Positions 62,286 to 64,000 of a DNA stretch of 64,000 nt are shown here, piece after piece (position 1 is the first letter of the stretch; every line of letters starts with the position of its first letter). Source of the DNA: Phallusia mammillata (taxonomy: Eukaryota); assembly GCA_965637545.1 (NCBI GenBank), contig OZ281498.1, forward strand, positions 2,046,001-2,110,000. Direction: 5' to 3'. The notes under the pieces were generated by a model. That model did not search any database, was not told the origin of the DNA, and worked only from the letters and a program-made list of their open reading frames with translations. The position numbers and the translations under genes are program-made.

Positions 62286-63838
62286 TTACATTCCTTCTTT
62301 GGTTTTCCAATTACTTAACAAGTCTGAAAACAAATCAGGATTGCTACTAATGTTACTTTGGCCGGCAACAGGTAGGGAACCAGTTCTAACAAGTTTATCC
62401 GCTCTCTGTGTCTCAGAAACCAGGGAGCGCACTGGTGAATTGGAATGGAATGGATTGTTCGGTGCCGTCGGTTCGCTCATTCTGTATGGAGCGAAGTGGC
62501 TCGTTGACAACTTGCCGTGCGACATCGTGCGGTTATAAGCCAAACCGGAAGGTTTCTGATGGTTGCTTGTGGCAACAGAAGGGTACTGGAACGGACTAGT
62601 ATGAGTTGAAGGAAACACTTGCTGAGATGCTGCTCTGGTAACTGCCAGTGGATGGCGTTGCTCTATTTTTTTGTTGTACATCTTCTCTGGGCACAACGTC
62701 CCAGCTGTACTTGTGTCAGACACTGCTGTGTTCAGCAAATGTTCAGTCTTTGATTTCACAATTCCAGGAGCTATGTCGGTGATGAAAGGGTTGAAGGACT
62801 TTGCATTGCCCTCTTCGTTGTCGAAAGTGACCCAAGTCTTACTCTGCCCAGAATTGTCCACTTTGTTCTGTGTTGCGTTGGTTTGGGAAGCTTCAGTCGT
62901 TTGAGGAAACAAACTGAGACCAAGAAGGTCATTCGAAAGTTCACGAGAATCAGATCGCACCATGGCAGCCTGTAAAGTTAAGAATAGTTTTAACAATCTT
63001 TTGAATATTTTGTTCAGGCCTCAGAAAAGGGGTACAGCCTAAGGATTGTTTGAAGCCAAAAAACAAACAAAAACAACATCTCTATTCATGTGACTCTTTT
63101 CTGCTATTAGCATCAGACTGAAATTTTGCATATTCTAACACTGTGTGGTGAAATGGTGATTTGGAGATCAGTGATAGTATTTTTTGATAATATCTTCATT
63201 GGGCAGGCAATGCATGACTGCATTATTTTAACAATGAGTCTGCCAATGAGAAACCTGTTTCATTGCCAATCTTTTTCATTTCATGTTAGGGAGACTTTAA
63301 TATAGCTCAGTCCATGGGGTTTCCCTAGAGGGGAGCAGTACAGCTCAAGTTTCTTGATAATAGAAACAGAAGTGGTCGAGACAAGGTTAGATCCCAAAAC
63401 CTTGTGAACACAAGTCAGATGTGGTATCCACTCGGCATTCACATTAAATTTTCAACACATTAGTCAATTTAGTTCTATGCATGCATATTGTATTGCAACA
63501 GTTTATTGTTTTTAGATATCAAGTGTCTCAAAAGTTTCTTGCTCAGGGAAAAACAAGTTGCCAAAAGGGGATTAAAATCCTAAACACTGTGAACGCAAGG
63601 TGCAACTAGGTTCTGTACATGCACATTGTGGTATACACATGTCTCATAGAATTGGAGCTTTACCTTTTTCTCAGGAGTTGAAGTAACACTTAAATCGACA
63701 AGGGGTGTAGTTGGGGTCCCGGACAGGAATGTGGGTGATAGGGGCTCATCGTTGTATTCCAGGGGCTTCAGGAGCAGACTCGGTCTTTTGTGAACAGGTG
63801 ACGCACGTTTAAGCGACGTATTTCGACTAGTTTTAGGA
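62286..63838 (-). CDS. Last two exons of a gene entering from the right edge; low-complexity tail with endocytic motifs (possibly DENND1/connecdenn-like)
   Basis: Exons 63838-63664 and 62969-62286 join in phase 0 with good AG/GT sites. The tail has KTWVTFDNEE (WxxF-acidic), two NPF motifs, NDLLGL and DLFSDLL. No folded domain lies in the window, so family assignment is tentative. Confidence 0.7.
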
Positions 63839-64000
63839 CTGCAACAACCACAAAACAAAACAGCATGCATTTCAATCAAATCTGTAGGCATGCATGATTA
63901 TAAACAAACCAAATTAATTAAGTTCACAGAGAACCAAGTAATTACCATGGTTTTACCAAAACATTTTTTTTTAATTTGAAACGATTAATTAGGTATTATT

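Overview
AT-rich, intron-rich eukaryotic (animal) DNA. Introns of about 55-100 nt, dense hAT-type MITEs and the protein sequences suggest an ascidian tunicate (inference). I assembled six protein-coding genes by eye from GT-AG exons with matching phases. On the minus strand: an 11-exon, 8-finger C2H2 zinc-finger gene (5032-9304); a 12-exon, 663-aa ANKRD31-like gene with a RAMA domain but no ankyrin repeats (9831-15507); the 3' half of an unidentified single-pass membrane protein gene (16372 to about 18550); an 11-exon HMBOX1 homeobox gene (21762-45405); and the last two exons of an endocytic-adaptor-like gene (62286-63838) that runs off the right end. On the plus strand: a complete 5-exon casein kinase II beta gene (57462-60259). 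Non-coding content includes many TIR/TSD-defined MITEs, a CR1/L2-type LINE 3' end and Penelope-type hammerhead ribozyme (HHR) motifs inside HMBOX1 introns. Best leads: (1) the ankyrin-less ANKRD31-like meiotic scaffold; (2) a 364-bp element with a 9-bp TSD and a palindromic 22-bp array that inserted three codons before a stop and turned the membrane protein's C-terminus into a PDZ-ligand-like ETGL; (3) an intact minimal hammerhead on the HMBOX1 sense strand plus a variant-core inverted hammerhead pair. No computation or database search was run; homology statements rest on recalled family sequences.
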